A stretch of DNA of 62,881 nt, the filler included. It is 8 parts of 8 records of this genome, joined end to end, with 100 filler letters (N's around TTAATTAATTAA, not from the genome) between each part and the next. Parts side by side here need not be neighbours in the genome. Positions count along the whole stretch, not along the records: positions 50,560 to 56,617 come from DRR723986_14650; positions 56,718 to 62,881 come from DRR723986_14769; 6 more parts are not named here. One strand, given 5' to 3'. Of the stretch, positions 50,560 to 60,049 are shown piece by piece; positions within the stretch are counted from its first letter, which is position 1; each line of letters opens with the position of its first letter. The notes below the pieces were generated by a model. It was not told where the DNA came from and searched no databases. It worked only from the letters and a program-made list of their open reading frames with translations. The translations under genes and the position numbers were made by a program.

Positions 50560-51438
50560 GCCGGTTTCCACGCCAATCTCGCGCAGCACCGCGATCGAGT
50601 GGTTGCGCATGATCTGGTATTCTTTGTCCGTCAGGGTCAGCGCGGGAGCCACCGTGATAGAATCGCCCGTGTGCACGCCCATAGGGTCCACGTTTTCGAT
50701 AGAACAGACGATGATCGCATTGTCGGCGGTGTCGCGCACCACTTCCATCTCGAACTCTTTCCAGCCAAGCAGCGATTCGTCGATCAGGATCTGACCCATC
50801 GGAGAGGCATCCATGCCCGAGCGGCAGAAGAATTCGTAATCTTCGCGGTTGTAGGCCACGCCGCCACCGGTGCCGCCCATGGTAAAGGCGGGGCGGATGA
50901 TCGCGGGCAAACCGATTTCTTCCAGATCTTCGAGCGCCAGCGCCACACCTGCAGCAAGATCTTTCTTGCCGTCCGCGCCGATGGGCGCAGTGCAGATTGT
51001 GGCGCGGGGGTTTTCGATACCCAGACGGTCCATCGCATCGCGGAAGAGCTTGCGATCTTCTGCCATTTCAATGGCTTCGCGTTTGGCGCCGATCATCTCG
51101 ACATTGAATTTCTCCAGCACGCCCATCTCTTCGAGCGCGAGGGAGGTGTTCAATCCGGTCTGCCCGCCCATCGTCGGAAGCAGAGCGTCGGGGCGTTCTT
51201 TCTCGATGATTTTGGCGACAATTTCCGGGGTGATCGGTTCGATATAAGTGGCATCGGCCAGACCCGGATCGGTCATGATCGTCGCTGGGTTTGAGTTCAC
51301 AAGGATGACGCGGTAGCCCTCTTCTTTGAGGGCTTTGCAGGCCTGTGCGCCGGAGTAGTCAAACTCGCAGGCTTGCCCAATGACAATGGGGCCTGCACCA
51401 ATGATCATGATCGACTGGATGTCGGTTCTCTTTGGCAT
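50560..51438 (-). CDS. carB: Carbamoyl-phosphate synthase large subunit, N-terminal part
   Basis: MPKRTDI...[30 protein letters not shown]. Confidence 0.98.
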
Positions 51439-51508
51439 GGCTATGGCCCCCGGATGTTTGCAAATTGTCCTGCGTTATAGGGATGGAAACGCGGGTTGCA
51501 AGGGTGGA

Positions 51509-51561
51509 ATGGGGGCCAGCCCCCATACCCCCGGAATATTTTTGGCCAAAAAGGGGGAGGG
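51509..51561. repeat. Intergenic palindromic element (Rhodobacteraceae REP-like)
   Basis: Hairpin ATGGGGG-CCAG-CCCCCAT (51509-51526) and perfect palindrome TTTTTGGCCAAAAA (51539-51552). Confidence 0.5.
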
Positions 51562-51577
51562 TCTGTCTGTGTGGGTG

Positions 51578-52348
51578 TCAGGCGTCCAGAAAGATCCGGG
51601 CGGCGGCCTCAAATTCGCGGGGTTTTTCGGCGTGCAGCCAGTGTCCTGCGCCGGGCAGTTTGGCAAAGCGGGCGGCGGGGAACAGTGCCTTGATTGTGGG
51701 GCGGTGTTCGGGTTGCACATAGTCGGATGCGCCGCCGGAGATGAATAGGGTGGGGCCGTCGAAAGAGCCCGAAATTTCGGCGGGCCAGCCGATGATCTTG
51801 GGCATTTCGGCCTCAAGCACATCGAGGTTGAGACGCCATGCCTTGCCCGGCACATCCAGCGATTGGGTGAAAAAGCTTTGCAAGGCGCGGTCGACGCCCT
51901 GTTCGGCCAATTGCGCCTCAGCGTCCGAGCGGCGGGTGATGGCGGAGAGGTCCACCTTGCGCATGGCGTCGATGTACATTTGTTGGGTGTGGCCATAGGC
52001 GGTTGGCGCGATATCGGCGATGATCAACCGGCGCAGAAGTTTTGGGTGGGTCAGGGCCAGCACCATCGCCGCCTTGCCGCCCATGGAATGCCCGCAGACA
52101 TCGACAGGAATGTTCAGATGGGTGATCAGGTCGGCCAGATCTTGGGCCATGTCAGGATAGCTTTGGCTGGGCATGCGCGGGCTGGTGCCGTGATTGCGCA
52201 TATCGACGGTGATCACCCGGCGGCTGTCTGACAGGCGTTTTGCGATCACGCCCCAGTTGCGACCAGAGCCATAGAGGCCATGCACGATGATCAGGGCGGG
52301 GGTGTCGGCGGTTGCGGGGATGTCCCCGAATTCGGAATAGCTGAGCAT
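51578..52348 (-). CDS. Alpha/beta hydrolase (YbfF-like esterase)
   Basis: HGLYGS, DMRNHG, GHSMGGK nucleophile elbow, GHWLHAE. Confidence 0.92.
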   Translation of the reverse strand: MLSYSEFGDIPATADTPALIIVHGLYGSGRNWGVIAKRLSDSRRVITVDMRNHGTSPRMPSQSYPDMAQDLADLITHLNIPVDVCGHSMGGKAAMVLALTHPKLLRRLIIADIAPTAYGHTQQMYIDAMRKVDLSAITRRSDAEAQLAEQGVDRALQSFFTQSLDVPGKAWRLNLDVLEAEMPKIIGWPAEISGSFDGPTLFISGGASDYVQPEHRPTIKALFPAARFAKLPGAGHWLHAEKPREFEAAARIFLDA

Positions 52349-52401
52349 GGGGTAGAGGTAGCGCCATTGCGGCCTTTGGGCCAGTGCGATTAGAAGGGGG
52401 G

Positions 52402-52776
52402 ATGATTTATGAAGCGGACATAGCTGAGAAATCCGATGCCCTGCGCGATTTGTTGCGGGAGAAATTTGGCGTCAAGTCGCGGAGTTTGGCTGTTGCGTTG
52501 GCGCGGACGGGTCGGCGCATGCCGCCGGCGTTGCACAGGCAGGCCGAGGTTTTGATCCGGGCGGAGCAGGAGGTGCGCAATCCCAAGCTGGCTTTGCAGT
52601 GGGATGTGGCGCGGATTGATCAGGCTTACGAGGCCGTGGCGGCACATCTGCGCCAGATCGACGTGAAGGAACGGCGAAAATCGCAGCTGTTGCGGATGGC
52701 GGGGCTGATTGTGTTCTACCTGCTGGTTGTTCTCGGTGCGTTTGTCTTTTGGATGTGGTGGCGCGGCTACGTTTGA
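52402..52776 (+). CDS. Hypothetical protein with C-terminal TM helix
   Basis: GGGGG RBS; hydrophobic C-terminus ending WRGYV. Confidence 0.7.
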   Translation: MIYEADIAEKSDALRDLLREKFGVKSRSLAVALARTGRRMPPALHRQAEVLIRAEQEVRNPKLALQWDVARIDQAYEAVAAHLRQIDVKERRKSQLLRMAGLIVFYLLVVLGAFVFWMWWRGYV

Positions 52777-53627
52777 GGTGGGGGATTCTCTGGCGGGCGC
52801 AATGCGTCGCGCAGCACCAGCGTGACGGTGACAAAGCTGACATAAAGCAGCAGATACCATGAGCCCATTTTGGCAAGGCGCACCATTTCCCCCGCGTTTT
52901 GCCCGGCATAAAGCCAGGTGCGCGTGGCGGTGCCGATGTTTTCAGCCAACCACAGGAAAAAGCTGGTCAGGAAGGCGGCGAGGGGCAGCGGCATCCAATA
53001 GCGACGTGCTCCGATGTGAAACCAGATCCGGGTGCGGGCAAACAGCAGGACCGTGGCGGCAAACAGCGCGATGCGGATGTCTGGCAGGTAATGATGGGCA
53101 AAGAAATTGGTGTAGATCGCCACCGCCAACACCACGGTCGTCCAATAGGGCGGATAGGGCGCAAACCGCATATCGAACAGGCGTATCACCCGCGCCATAT
53201 AGGAGCCCACCGCCGCATACATAAAGCCCGAAAAGAGCGGGACACCCCAGATCTTGCTGATCGCATCGCCGGGATAGGCCCAGCTGCCGGCGTTGACCTT
53301 AAAAATCTCCATGAGGGTGCCGGTCAAATGGAACAGGGCGATCACACGGGCCTCGCGCCAGCTTTCCATACCGGTTGCGAGGAACAAGGCTTGGAGCGCC
53401 AGAGCATAGATCAACAACGCGTCAAAGCGGGCGATCGGCCAATGGGGCTGCCAGATGCGGTCGCTGATGATCAATCCGGCCAGCAGCAGGGCGCCGGGAA
53501 AAGCGGCCCAGCCCTGTTTCAGCACAAACATCACAAATTCCGCCAGCGCCAGCGGCAGGCGGGCGCGCATCCAGTCGCCCAGATTGCGTTCAAGGCGTTT
53601 CGTGCGGTTCGAAGGTGTCGCTGTCAT
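52767..53627 (-). CDS. DUF817 family membrane protein
   Basis: MEIFKV..GSWAYP, PLFSGFMYAAVGSY, WLAENIGT. Confidence 0.8.
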   Translation of the reverse strand: MTATPSNRTKRLERNLGDWMRARLPLALAEFVMFVLKQGWAAFPGALLLAGLIISDRIWQPHWPIARFDALLIYALALQALFLATGMESWREARVIALFHLTGTLMEIFKVNAGSWAYPGDAISKIWGVPLFSGFMYAAVGSYMARVIRLFDMRFAPYPPYWTTVVLAVAIYTNFFAHHYLPDIRIALFAATVLLFARTRIWFHIGARRYWMPLPLAAFLTSFFLWLAENIGTATRTWLYAGQNAGEMVRLAKMGSWYLLLYVSFVTVTLVLRDALRPPENPPPQT

Positions 53628-53645
53628 CAGTAAGTGCAGCCGCGT

Positions 53646-54041
53646 TCAGGCGCTGTATTGGGCGTCAGTAACATGTTCCATCCAATCCACTGCGCTGCCA
53701 TCCAGTTCCTCTTGCAGGGCGATATGGGTCATCGCGCAATCGGGCGCGGCTCCGTGCCAATGCTTTTCACCCGGTTCAAACCAGACCACATCGCCGGGAC
53801 GCAGCGGCTTGACCGGTTCGCCTTCCTTTTGGGCCAGTCCGGCGCCAGAGGTCACGATCAGAGTTTGCCCAAGTGGATGGGTGTGCCATGCGGTGCGGGC
53901 GCCAGGTTCAAACGTGACGGTCACGCCGCGCAGGCGGGCCGGGGCGGGGGTGCTGACCAAGGGGTCCATGCGCACGGTGCCGGTGAAATAATCGGGGCTG
54001 CCTGCGCCGGAGGGGCGGGAACCTGCGGGGTGGATGATCAT
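53646..54041 (-). CDS. Cupin domain protein
   Basis: [31 protein letters not shown]. Confidence 0.92.
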   Translation of the reverse strand: MIIHPAGSRPSGAGSPDYFTGTVRMDPLVSTPAPARLRGVTVTFEPGARTAWHTHPLGQTLIVTSGAGLAQKEGEPVKPLRPGDVVWFEPGEKHWHGAAPDCAMTHIALQEELDGSAVDWMEHVTDAQYSA

Positions 54042-54589
54042 TGGGTCTCTCCTGAATATGAAAGGGCGGCTTGCATCATGTGGCGGAGCCGGGCCTCATA
54101 GGCGGCGGTGCTTGGGGCGGGGTAATCCGGCAGTTTGATGGTTTTCTCGACCACGCTGATGCCCAGAAGCACCGCCATGAAAAGCGCGGTGCGGGCGGGG
54201 CATCCGATAATGGCCAGCAGGGGGGCGTAGAAATTGTCATGGGTCAGGCGGCGCACCTTTTCGCCGACCTCGTCGTCATGGGCGTTGGACAAGATCATCC
54301 GCACAACCGATGGCATTTCGCCGCCCCTTGGGGCGGTGACAAAAAGCTGTGCCATCAGATCCATCAGTTGATCTGTGGAATTGGCCCGTGCGCTTGGGTC
54401 GTCAAATGCACCGGCCAAGGTGGTGTCGAAGAGACCCATCTTGCCGCCGAAATAGCGCGAGATCAGCGCCACATCGACGTCCGCAGCCTTGGCGATTTGG
54501 CGCAGAGATACCGAAGTATAGCCCTGCGCCCAAAGCAGGCGACGTCCGTGGAGGAGCAGTTTCTCGCGGGTATTCAAGGCTTTGGTCAT
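54038..54589 (-). CDS. TetR/AcrR family transcriptional regulator
   Basis: N-terminal [31 protein letters not shown]. Confidence 0.92.
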   Translation of the reverse strand: MTKALNTREKLLLHGRRLLWAQGYTSVSLRQIAKAADVDVALISRYFGGKMGLFDTTLAGAFDDPSARANSTDQLMDLMAQLFVTAPRGGEMPSVVRMILSNAHDDEVGEKVRRLTHDNFYAPLLAIIGCPARTALFMAVLLGISVVEKTIKLPDYPAPSTAAYEARLRHMMQAALSYSGETQ

Positions 54590-54618
54590 GAAGGCAGCTT
54601 AAGCTCCGAATTTAGGTT

Positions 54619-54677
54619 GTCAACAAGTGTTGACATATCTCGTCGGATACCTATTTTGGTTGTCAACAACTGTTGAC
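54619..54677. promoter_or_regulatory. Twin palindromic TetR operators
   Basis: GTCAACA-AG-TGTTGAC (54619-54634) and GTCAACA-AC-TGTTGAC (54662-54677), between the divergent tetR and SDR genes. Confidence 0.85.
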
Positions 54678-54697
54678 TTGACCCAAAGGATTCTATC

Positions 54698-55474
54698 ATG
54701 AGCAACACCGCACTGATCACGGGTGCCTCGTCTGGCATCGGCATGGAATTTGCCCGCTATCACGCATCCAAGGGGGGAGATGTGATTGTCACGGCGCGCA
54801 GAGAAGACACGCTGAACACGCTCAAGGCTGAGCTTGAGCAAAAACATGGTGTCAAAGTGCATGTCTTTGCGCTGGACCTCGGGGCGGATGGCGGCGCAGA
54901 GGCGCTGTACCAGCAGGTCAAGGCGGCAGGGCTCAAGGTGGATATTCTGATCAACAATGCCGGATTTGGCGGGCAGGGTGCGCATATTGACCGGCCTTTG
55001 AAAGACGAGTTGGGGATGATCGATTTGAACGTCAAAGCCCTGGTGGCGCTGACCCATCTGGCGGCGGCGGATATGGTGGCGCAGGGCGGCGGCAAGATTT
55101 TGCAGGTGGGATCAACGGCTGGATTTATGCCGGGGCCCAATCAGGCGGTCTATTTCGCAACAAAGGCTTTTGTGAAATCCTTTTCCGAAGGCATTGATCA
55201 GGAGCTCCGCCCGCACGGCGTGACTTCGACGGTACTGGCCCCCGGATATGTCGAGACAGAGTTTGCGCAGGCCGCCAATCTGGAAGGCACCAAGCTGGTG
55301 TCAGGCGGCGGCAAAACCCCCGCGAGCGTTGCCAAACATGGCTATGATGCAATGATGCGCGGGGATTTGGTGACGGTGAATGAACGTGGCCTTGGCTTTA
55401 TGGTGAACTGGGTGATCCCGTTCCTGCCGCGCCGTCAGGTGCTTAAGATGGTGCAGAACATGCAGGCCAAATGA
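54698..55474 (+). CDS. SDR family oxidoreductase
   Basis: TGASSGIG, NNAGFG, S...YFATK. Confidence 0.93.
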   Translation: MSNTALITGASSGIGMEFARYHASKGGDVIVTARREDTLNTLKAELEQKHGVKVHVFALDLGADGGAEALYQQVKAAGLKVDILINNAGFGGQGAHIDRPLKDELGMIDLNVKALVALTHLAAADMVAQGGGKILQVGSTAGFMPGPNQAVYFATKAFVKSFSEGIDQELRPHGVTSTVLAPGYVETEFAQAANLEGTKLVSGGGKTPASVAKHGYDAMMRGDLVTVNERGLGFMVNWVIPFLPRRQVLKMVQNMQAK

Positions 55475-55511
55475 TCGGCGACATGGGCCGCTGAGCGAAT
55501 ATATGATCTAG

Positions 55512-55536
55512 ACCGGCGGGCCATTGGCCTGCCGGT
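55512..55536. terminator. Hairpin between convergent SDR and phasin-like genes
   Basis: ACCGGCGGGCC-ATT-GGCCTGCCGGT followed by TTGATTT. Confidence 0.55.
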
Positions 55537-55563
55537 TTGATTTAGGGGCGGGTGGACACCAAT

Positions 55564-55917
55564 TTACAAAGGCACGTCGTCGTATTTGCGTGCATGAGAG
55601 GCGGTTGCCTCTTTCATGGTGTCTTGCGTGGCTTTTGTCATCATCTCGAACATGCGCGTCGCCTCGGCAGTGTAATCCTGCACGGCCTTTGTGTAGAATT
55701 CGGACTGAAGCTGGAACAACTCCTGCGGGGACGAACAGCCCATCATCGCTTTTTGCAGCTCGACGTCCTGTTCAAACCGTTCCGAGACAAAGCGACTGCT
55801 TTCATCCATGATCTGTTTCCAAGCGGACATTCCAACGGGATTGACCGCTGCCATTGCGGCTGCCATCGGCATCGCGGAAAAATCTGCTGCTTCGGCCTTG
55901 TTTGATGTCTTTCCCAT
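55564..55917 (-). CDS. Phasin-family-like protein
   Basis: Helical FVSERFEQD...CSSPQELFQLQSEF...DYTAE pattern; GGAGA RBS before ATG 55917. Confidence 0.7.
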   Translation of the reverse strand: MGKTSNKAEAADFSAMPMAAAMAAVNPVGMSAWKQIMDESSRFVSERFEQDVELQKAMMGCSSPQELFQLQSEFYTKAVQDYTAEATRMFEMMTKATQDTMKEATASHARKYDDVPL

Positions 55918-56008
55918 CTGTGTGTCTCCCTTTCTGGGTGTCATGCGCCAGCGGGCTTTTGCCGCTGATCCAACCCCCACAGTCTCGCAGATTTCATGAT
56001 CTGCCGCC

Positions 56009-56022
56009 TTGATGCAGGTCAA
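56009..56022. promoter_or_regulatory. FNR/FnrL/FixK-type box
   Basis: TTGAT-GCAG-GTCAA fits TTGAY-N4-RTCAA, about 92 bp upstream of the phasin-like gene. Confidence 0.65.
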
Positions 56023-56071
56023 TGGGGGCCGTTCCGGGGAAGAGTCAGGCGTGGGTCAGGGCATTGCCAAC

Positions 56072-56103
56072 AAAAACGCCCCCGCATTTCTGCGAGGGCG
56101 TTT
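56072..56103 (-). terminator. Rho-independent terminator of glyA
   Basis: Minus strand AAACGCCCTCGCA-GAAA-TGCGGGGGCGTTTTT. Confidence 0.8.
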
Positions 56104-56127
56104 GCGGGTCTCAATGTCAGAAACCGG

Positions 56128-56617
56128 TCAGAGGTTCGGATACATCGGGAAGCGCGCGCAGAGGGCTTCAACCTCTGACTTCACCTTGGCCTCGACCTCG
56201 GCATTTCCGTCTTCGCCATTGGCAGCCAGCCCATCGACCACTTCGATGATCCAATCGGCGATCTGGCGGAACTCAGCCTCGCCAAAGCCGCGGGTTGTCC
56301 CGGCGGGGGAGCCAAGGCGAATTCCCGAAGTCACGGTTGGTTTTTCCGGGTCAAACGGCACGCCGTTTTTGTTGCAGGTGATGTGGGCGCGGCCCAACGC
56401 CTTGTCGACGATGTTGCCGGTTACGCCTTTGGGGCGCAGATCAACCAGCACGACGTGGGTGTCGGTGCCGTGGGTAACCGTGTCGAGGCCACCTTTGATC
56501 AGCTGATCGGACAGCGCCTGTGCATTGGTGATAACCTGTTTGATGTAGTCCTTGAACTCAGGACGCAGCGCCTCACCAAAGGCGACAGCCTTGGCGGCGA
56601 TCACATGCATCAGCGGG
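56128..56617 (-). CDS. glyA: Serine hydroxymethyltransferase, C-terminal part
   Basis: [44 protein letters not shown]. Confidence 0.97.
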
Positions 56618-56717
56618 NNNNNNNNNNNNNNNNNNNNNNNNNNNNNNNNNNNNNNNNNNNNTTAATTAATTAANNNNNNNNNNNNNNNNNNNNNNNNNNN
56701 NNNNNNNNNNNNNNNNN
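56618..56717. other. Artificial contig linker
   Basis: N44-TTAATTAATTAA-N44. Confidence 0.99.
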
Positions 56718-56783
56718 CATGATCGCGTCCGGTCCGGCGGCAAAGCGGCCGCCCCACATCTGGTTCGAGGTCTTGTCGGTCAT
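56718..56783 (-). CDS. argH: Argininosuccinate lyase, N-terminal 22 codons
   Basis: MTDKTSNQMWGGRFAAGPDAIM (WGGRF signature); divergent from a TlpA gene, as is usual in alphaproteobacteria. Confidence 0.85.
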
Positions 56784-56807
56784 CGGATAAACCCTTTTGG
56801 AGGGGAC

Positions 56808-57377
56808 ATGAAGAAACTGTTGCTCGCGTTCGTCTATACTGCCCTTGTGTCAGGCGCAAATGTCTCAGGCGCCTTAGCGGCTGATGTGGACATAGCCACG
56901 CTCGAAGCCCTGCGTGAGGGCGACATGAAAAAGCTGGTGTTCCATAGCGACCCCAAGCCGGTGTCGGCGAATGCGTTCCAATTGGCGGATGGCGCCGGAC
57001 AAGGAACGCTGGCGGATTATCGGGGCCAGTATGTGCTGCTCAATTTCTGGGCTACGTGGTGCGCCCCCTGCCGGAAAGAAATGCCGCAGTTGTCAGAATT
57101 GCAGGCCGAGTTGGGCGGGGATCAGTTTCAGGTCGTCACACTGGCAACTGGGCGCAACTCCCCTTCTGGGATCAAAAAGTTCTTTGCAGAAAATGGCATC
57201 GAAAATCTGCCCCGGCATCAGGACCCCAAACAAGCGGTGGCGCGCGAAATGGCAGTCTTAGGATTGCCCATCACCGTCCTCTTGAACCCAGAGGGACAAG
57301 AGATTGCACGTCTGCGTGGCGATGCAGAGTGGAATTCGGAAAGCGCCAAGGCAATTATTCAGACGCTTTTGAAATAA
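56808..57377 (+). CDS. tlpA: TlpA disulfide reductase family protein
   Basis: LLNFWATWCAPCRKEMP, GLPIT, G.AEW. Confidence 0.9.
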   Translation: MKKLLLAFVYTALVSGANVSGALAADVDIATLEALREGDMKKLVFHSDPKPVSANAFQLADGAGQGTLADYRGQYVLLNFWATWCAPCRKEMPQLSELQAELGGDQFQVVTLATGRNSPSGIKKFFAENGIENLPRHQDPKQAVAREMAVLGLPITVLLNPEGQEIARLRGDAEWNSESAKAIIQTLLK

Positions 57378-57430
57378 TCAAAACTGCAAGACTGTTTCTG
57401 AACGTTTTCTACGCCTAAAATTTGTCGCAC

Positions 57431-57461
57431 TGGCATCCACGCAACCGTGGATGTCAATTTT
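57431..57461 (+). terminator. Probable terminator hairpin after tlpA
   Basis: TGGCATCCACG-CAAC-CGTGGATGTCA followed by ATTTT. Confidence 0.5.
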
Positions 57462-57488
57462 GCGTAACATTATTATTTAGGTGATCTG

Positions 57489-57854
57489 ATGAAACATTAT
57501 GCATTTTTTGCACTGCCCTTGATTCTAGCTCTAACTGCCACGACGGCATCCGCCGAATTTAAAGCCGTCAAGAAAGAGAAGCAGTTCCGCCAAACCATCG
57601 TTGACCGCAAGTTGACCAATGACAAAGGCCATTGGACAGTCATCAAGTCGGACGGCACCCAAACCGGCAAATTCGGTAAGAAATCCTATACCGGGACTTG
57701 GAAGTGGAGCGGTAAATATTGGTGCCGCAATGGCGTTATTGGTGGCAAAGAGCTGGGCACCAACTGTCAGCTGGTTGAGATCGACGGCAACAAAACCCGA
57801 TTCACCCGAGACAAGGGCAAAGGCAAAGATGCCGGGACCTACACCATCAACTGA
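57489..57854 (+). CDS. Small basic secreted beta-rich hypothetical protein
   Basis: Signal peptide; GTWKWSGKYWCR...NCQ with two cysteines. Confidence 0.8.
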   Translation: MKHYAFFALPLILALTATTASAEFKAVKKEKQFRQTIVDRKLTNDKGHWTVIKSDGTQTGKFGKKSYTGTWKWSGKYWCRNGVIGGKELGTNCQLVEIDGNKTRFTRDKGKGKDAGTYTIN

Positions 57855-57947
57855 CGCCTAGGCCCGCCGATTGTTCCGCCGCCTTGATAGGGCATTGGAT
57901 ACGGGCCTCGTCTCTCTTTCTCGCGGTGGGCGATAAACCGCACGGTA

Positions 57948-57984
57948 TGTCAAAGGTGACGCTGACGTCACGCCACCTTTGACA
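57948..57984. promoter_or_regulatory. Nested palindrome upstream of the desaturase operon
   Basis: TGTCAAAGGTGACG / CGCCACCTTTGACA arms enclosing GTGACG-CTGA-CGTCAC (57956-57971). Confidence 0.5.
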
Positions 57985-58027
57985 AAACTGTCTGGCCCGG
58001 CTCAAATCCCGGACCACGGAGGAGACC

Positions 58028-58417
58028 ATGCCACTTGAAATCTTACTGATCCTTGTCGTAGGCGGCATCAGCGTCACAGCCTTGCTGTTGCATTTGTCAG
58101 GGCGCTCCAACCGTAGGGTTATGCAAACGGAAGAGGATGTAACAGCTGAGTGGTTGCGTCAGTTTCCAGATGATTTTGTTCAAGGTGTCATAGTTAGTTT
58201 GGACAGGCATTCGGCCTTGGTTCAGACCGAAACCGGCCTGGGTTTGCTGTGGTCACATGGCGCGGATACTGTTGGGCGGCATCTATTGGACTATGACTTG
58301 GTAGACCGACCCGAAGGGTTTCAAATCTATTTCCACGATTTTGCGGCGCCTCAAGCCCTGCTGCATCTCAGCCCCGAAGAATGCAAGACCTGGAAAAACT
58401 TGATGGAGCAGTCATGA
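58028..58417 (+). CDS. Hypothetical protein with N-terminal membrane anchor
   Basis: GGAG RBS; hydrophobic N-terminus; ATGA overlap with the next gene. Confidence 0.75.
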   Translation: MPLEILLILVVGGISVTALLLHLSGRSNRRVMQTEEDVTAEWLRQFPDDFVQGVIVSLDRHSALVQTETGLGLLWSHGADTVGRHLLDYDLVDRPEGFQIYFHDFAAPQALLHLSPEECKTWKNLMEQS

Positions 58418-59343
58418 CTGATAGCTTGTATTTCCCCGATCCAACCCAGTTGGCAGTACCGTTTTTCATTGTTGCCATTCTGGGCGAGTTCTTGTGGATC
58501 GCCATTAAGGGGCGTGGCGGTCGCTATGAGACACGAGACGCTGTAACTTCGCTGGTGATGGGCGCTGGCAGCGTCGCCTCGGGGATTTTGCTGGGGTTTC
58601 TGGCTTACGGGTTCTTTCTGTTTCTGTGGCGGATCACCCCTCTGGATCTGGGCACATCGGTGTGGATCATTCTTTTGTGCTTTGTGCTGGATGACTTGCG
58701 ATACTATTGGGTGCATCGGTTTGGTCATCGCGTGCGCTGGGTCTGGGCCAGCCATGTCAATCATCACTCGAGTCAGCATTATAATCTAACGACGGCCTTG
58801 CGGCAGACTTGGACCGGCACCTTTACCTTGATGATGATCGTGCGTGCGCCGTTGATCCTGTTGGGGTTCCACCCAGCTATCGTGTTGTTCGTCGGCGGGT
58901 TGAACCTGATTTATCAGTTCTGGATCCACACAGAGGCGATCAACAAAATGCCCCGTTGGTTCGAAGCCGTCATGAACACCCCTAGCCACCATCGCGCCCA
59001 CCATGGTCGCAACGCGCGGTATCTGGATTGTAACTATGCCGGGGTGTTCATTATCTGGGACAAAATGTTCGGAACCTTTGTGCCGGAACAAGACAACGAC
59101 AAAGTCGATTATGGGTTGGTTCACAACATCGGCACGTTCAATCCCCTGCGCGTGGCCTTTCACGAATGGATTGGGCTGTGGAAAGACGTTGTACAACCGG
59201 GGTTAACATTGCGCGAGCGCCTCGCCTATGCGTTTGCACCGCCCGGTTATAGCCACGACGGCAGCCGGGACACCTCTGAAACGATCAAGGCGAAACATTT
59301 GGCCCGGACCCCTTCGGACGCAGGCACGCCCGGGTTTCGCTGA
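58414..59343 (+). CDS. Sterol desaturase / fatty acid hydroxylase family (alkylglycerol monooxygenase-like)
   Basis: Histidine boxes HRFGH, HVNHHSS, HHRAHH; NYAGVFIIWDKMFGTF. Confidence 0.92.
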   Translation: MTDSLYFPDPTQLAVPFFIVAILGEFLWIAIKGRGGRYETRDAVTSLVMGAGSVASGILLGFLAYGFFLFLWRITPLDLGTSVWIILLCFVLDDLRYYWVHRFGHRVRWVWASHVNHHSSQHYNLTTALRQTWTGTFTLMMIVRAPLILLGFHPAIVLFVGGLNLIYQFWIHTEAINKMPRWFEAVMNTPSHHRAHHGRNARYLDCNYAGVFIIWDKMFGTFVPEQDNDKVDYGLVHNIGTFNPLRVAFHEWIGLWKDVVQPGLTLRERLAYAFAPPGYSHDGSRDTSETIKAKHLARTPSDAGTPGFR

Positions 59344-59919
59344 CTAGAGAGCGCGCGCCAATTTGGCCACTTCGGCGTGGCGCGTGCAGCTCACCAAGTG
59401 ATTATTGATCAGACCCATCGCCTCCATAAAGGCATATACAATGGTGGGGCCACAAAATTTGAAACCCGCCGCTTTCAGATCTTTGGCGATCTGTTCTGAC
59501 AAGGCGTCAGAAGTGGGCACATCTGCCTGCGTGGTGAACGCATTCTGAATTGGAGTTCCCCCGACGTAGTTCCACAAGAACCTGTCAAAGCCATCGTTTT
59601 CCTCGATCCGCTGCCAGGCCTGCGCATTGGTGATTGTCGCCTCAATTTTACCACGGTGACGGATGATGCTTGGGTTGGCCAATAGGGTAGACACCTCAGC
59701 TTCGCCCCAATGTGCGATGACGTTGGGATCAAATCCCTGAAAGGCGGTGCGAAAATTATCTCGCTTTTTCAGGATCGTGATCCAGCTCAAGCCTGCCTGA
59801 AACCCATCCAGCACCAATTTTTCCCAAAGGACGCGGCTGTCATACTTGGGCACACCCCATTCAGTATCATGATATTGCAGGTAAATTTCTTCTGTGCCTG
59901 CCCAGCTACATCGCTGCAT
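59344..59919 (-). CDS. tag: DNA-3-methyladenine glycosylase I
   Basis: RCSW, YHDTEWG, FQAGLSW, GFKFCGPT, NNHLVSC. Confidence 0.95.
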   Translation of the reverse strand: MQRCSWAGTEEIYLQYHDTEWGVPKYDSRVLWEKLVLDGFQAGLSWITILKKRDNFRTAFQGFDPNVIAHWGEAEVSTLLANPSIIRHRGKIEATITNAQAWQRIEENDGFDRFLWNYVGGTPIQNAFTTQADVPTSDALSEQIAKDLKAAGFKFCGPTIVYAFMEAMGLINNHLVSCTRHAEVAKLARAL

Positions 59920-60049
59920 CTTAAGTCCCCACACTTTGAGCGGCCACTGTCATTCAAATACCCTTAAAATACGAGGTTTAATCGACGCTTTACGATTTTG
60001 GCAAACTCTGGGCAGGTCGATAAACTCGCGCTGAACCAAAGGGATTGAG

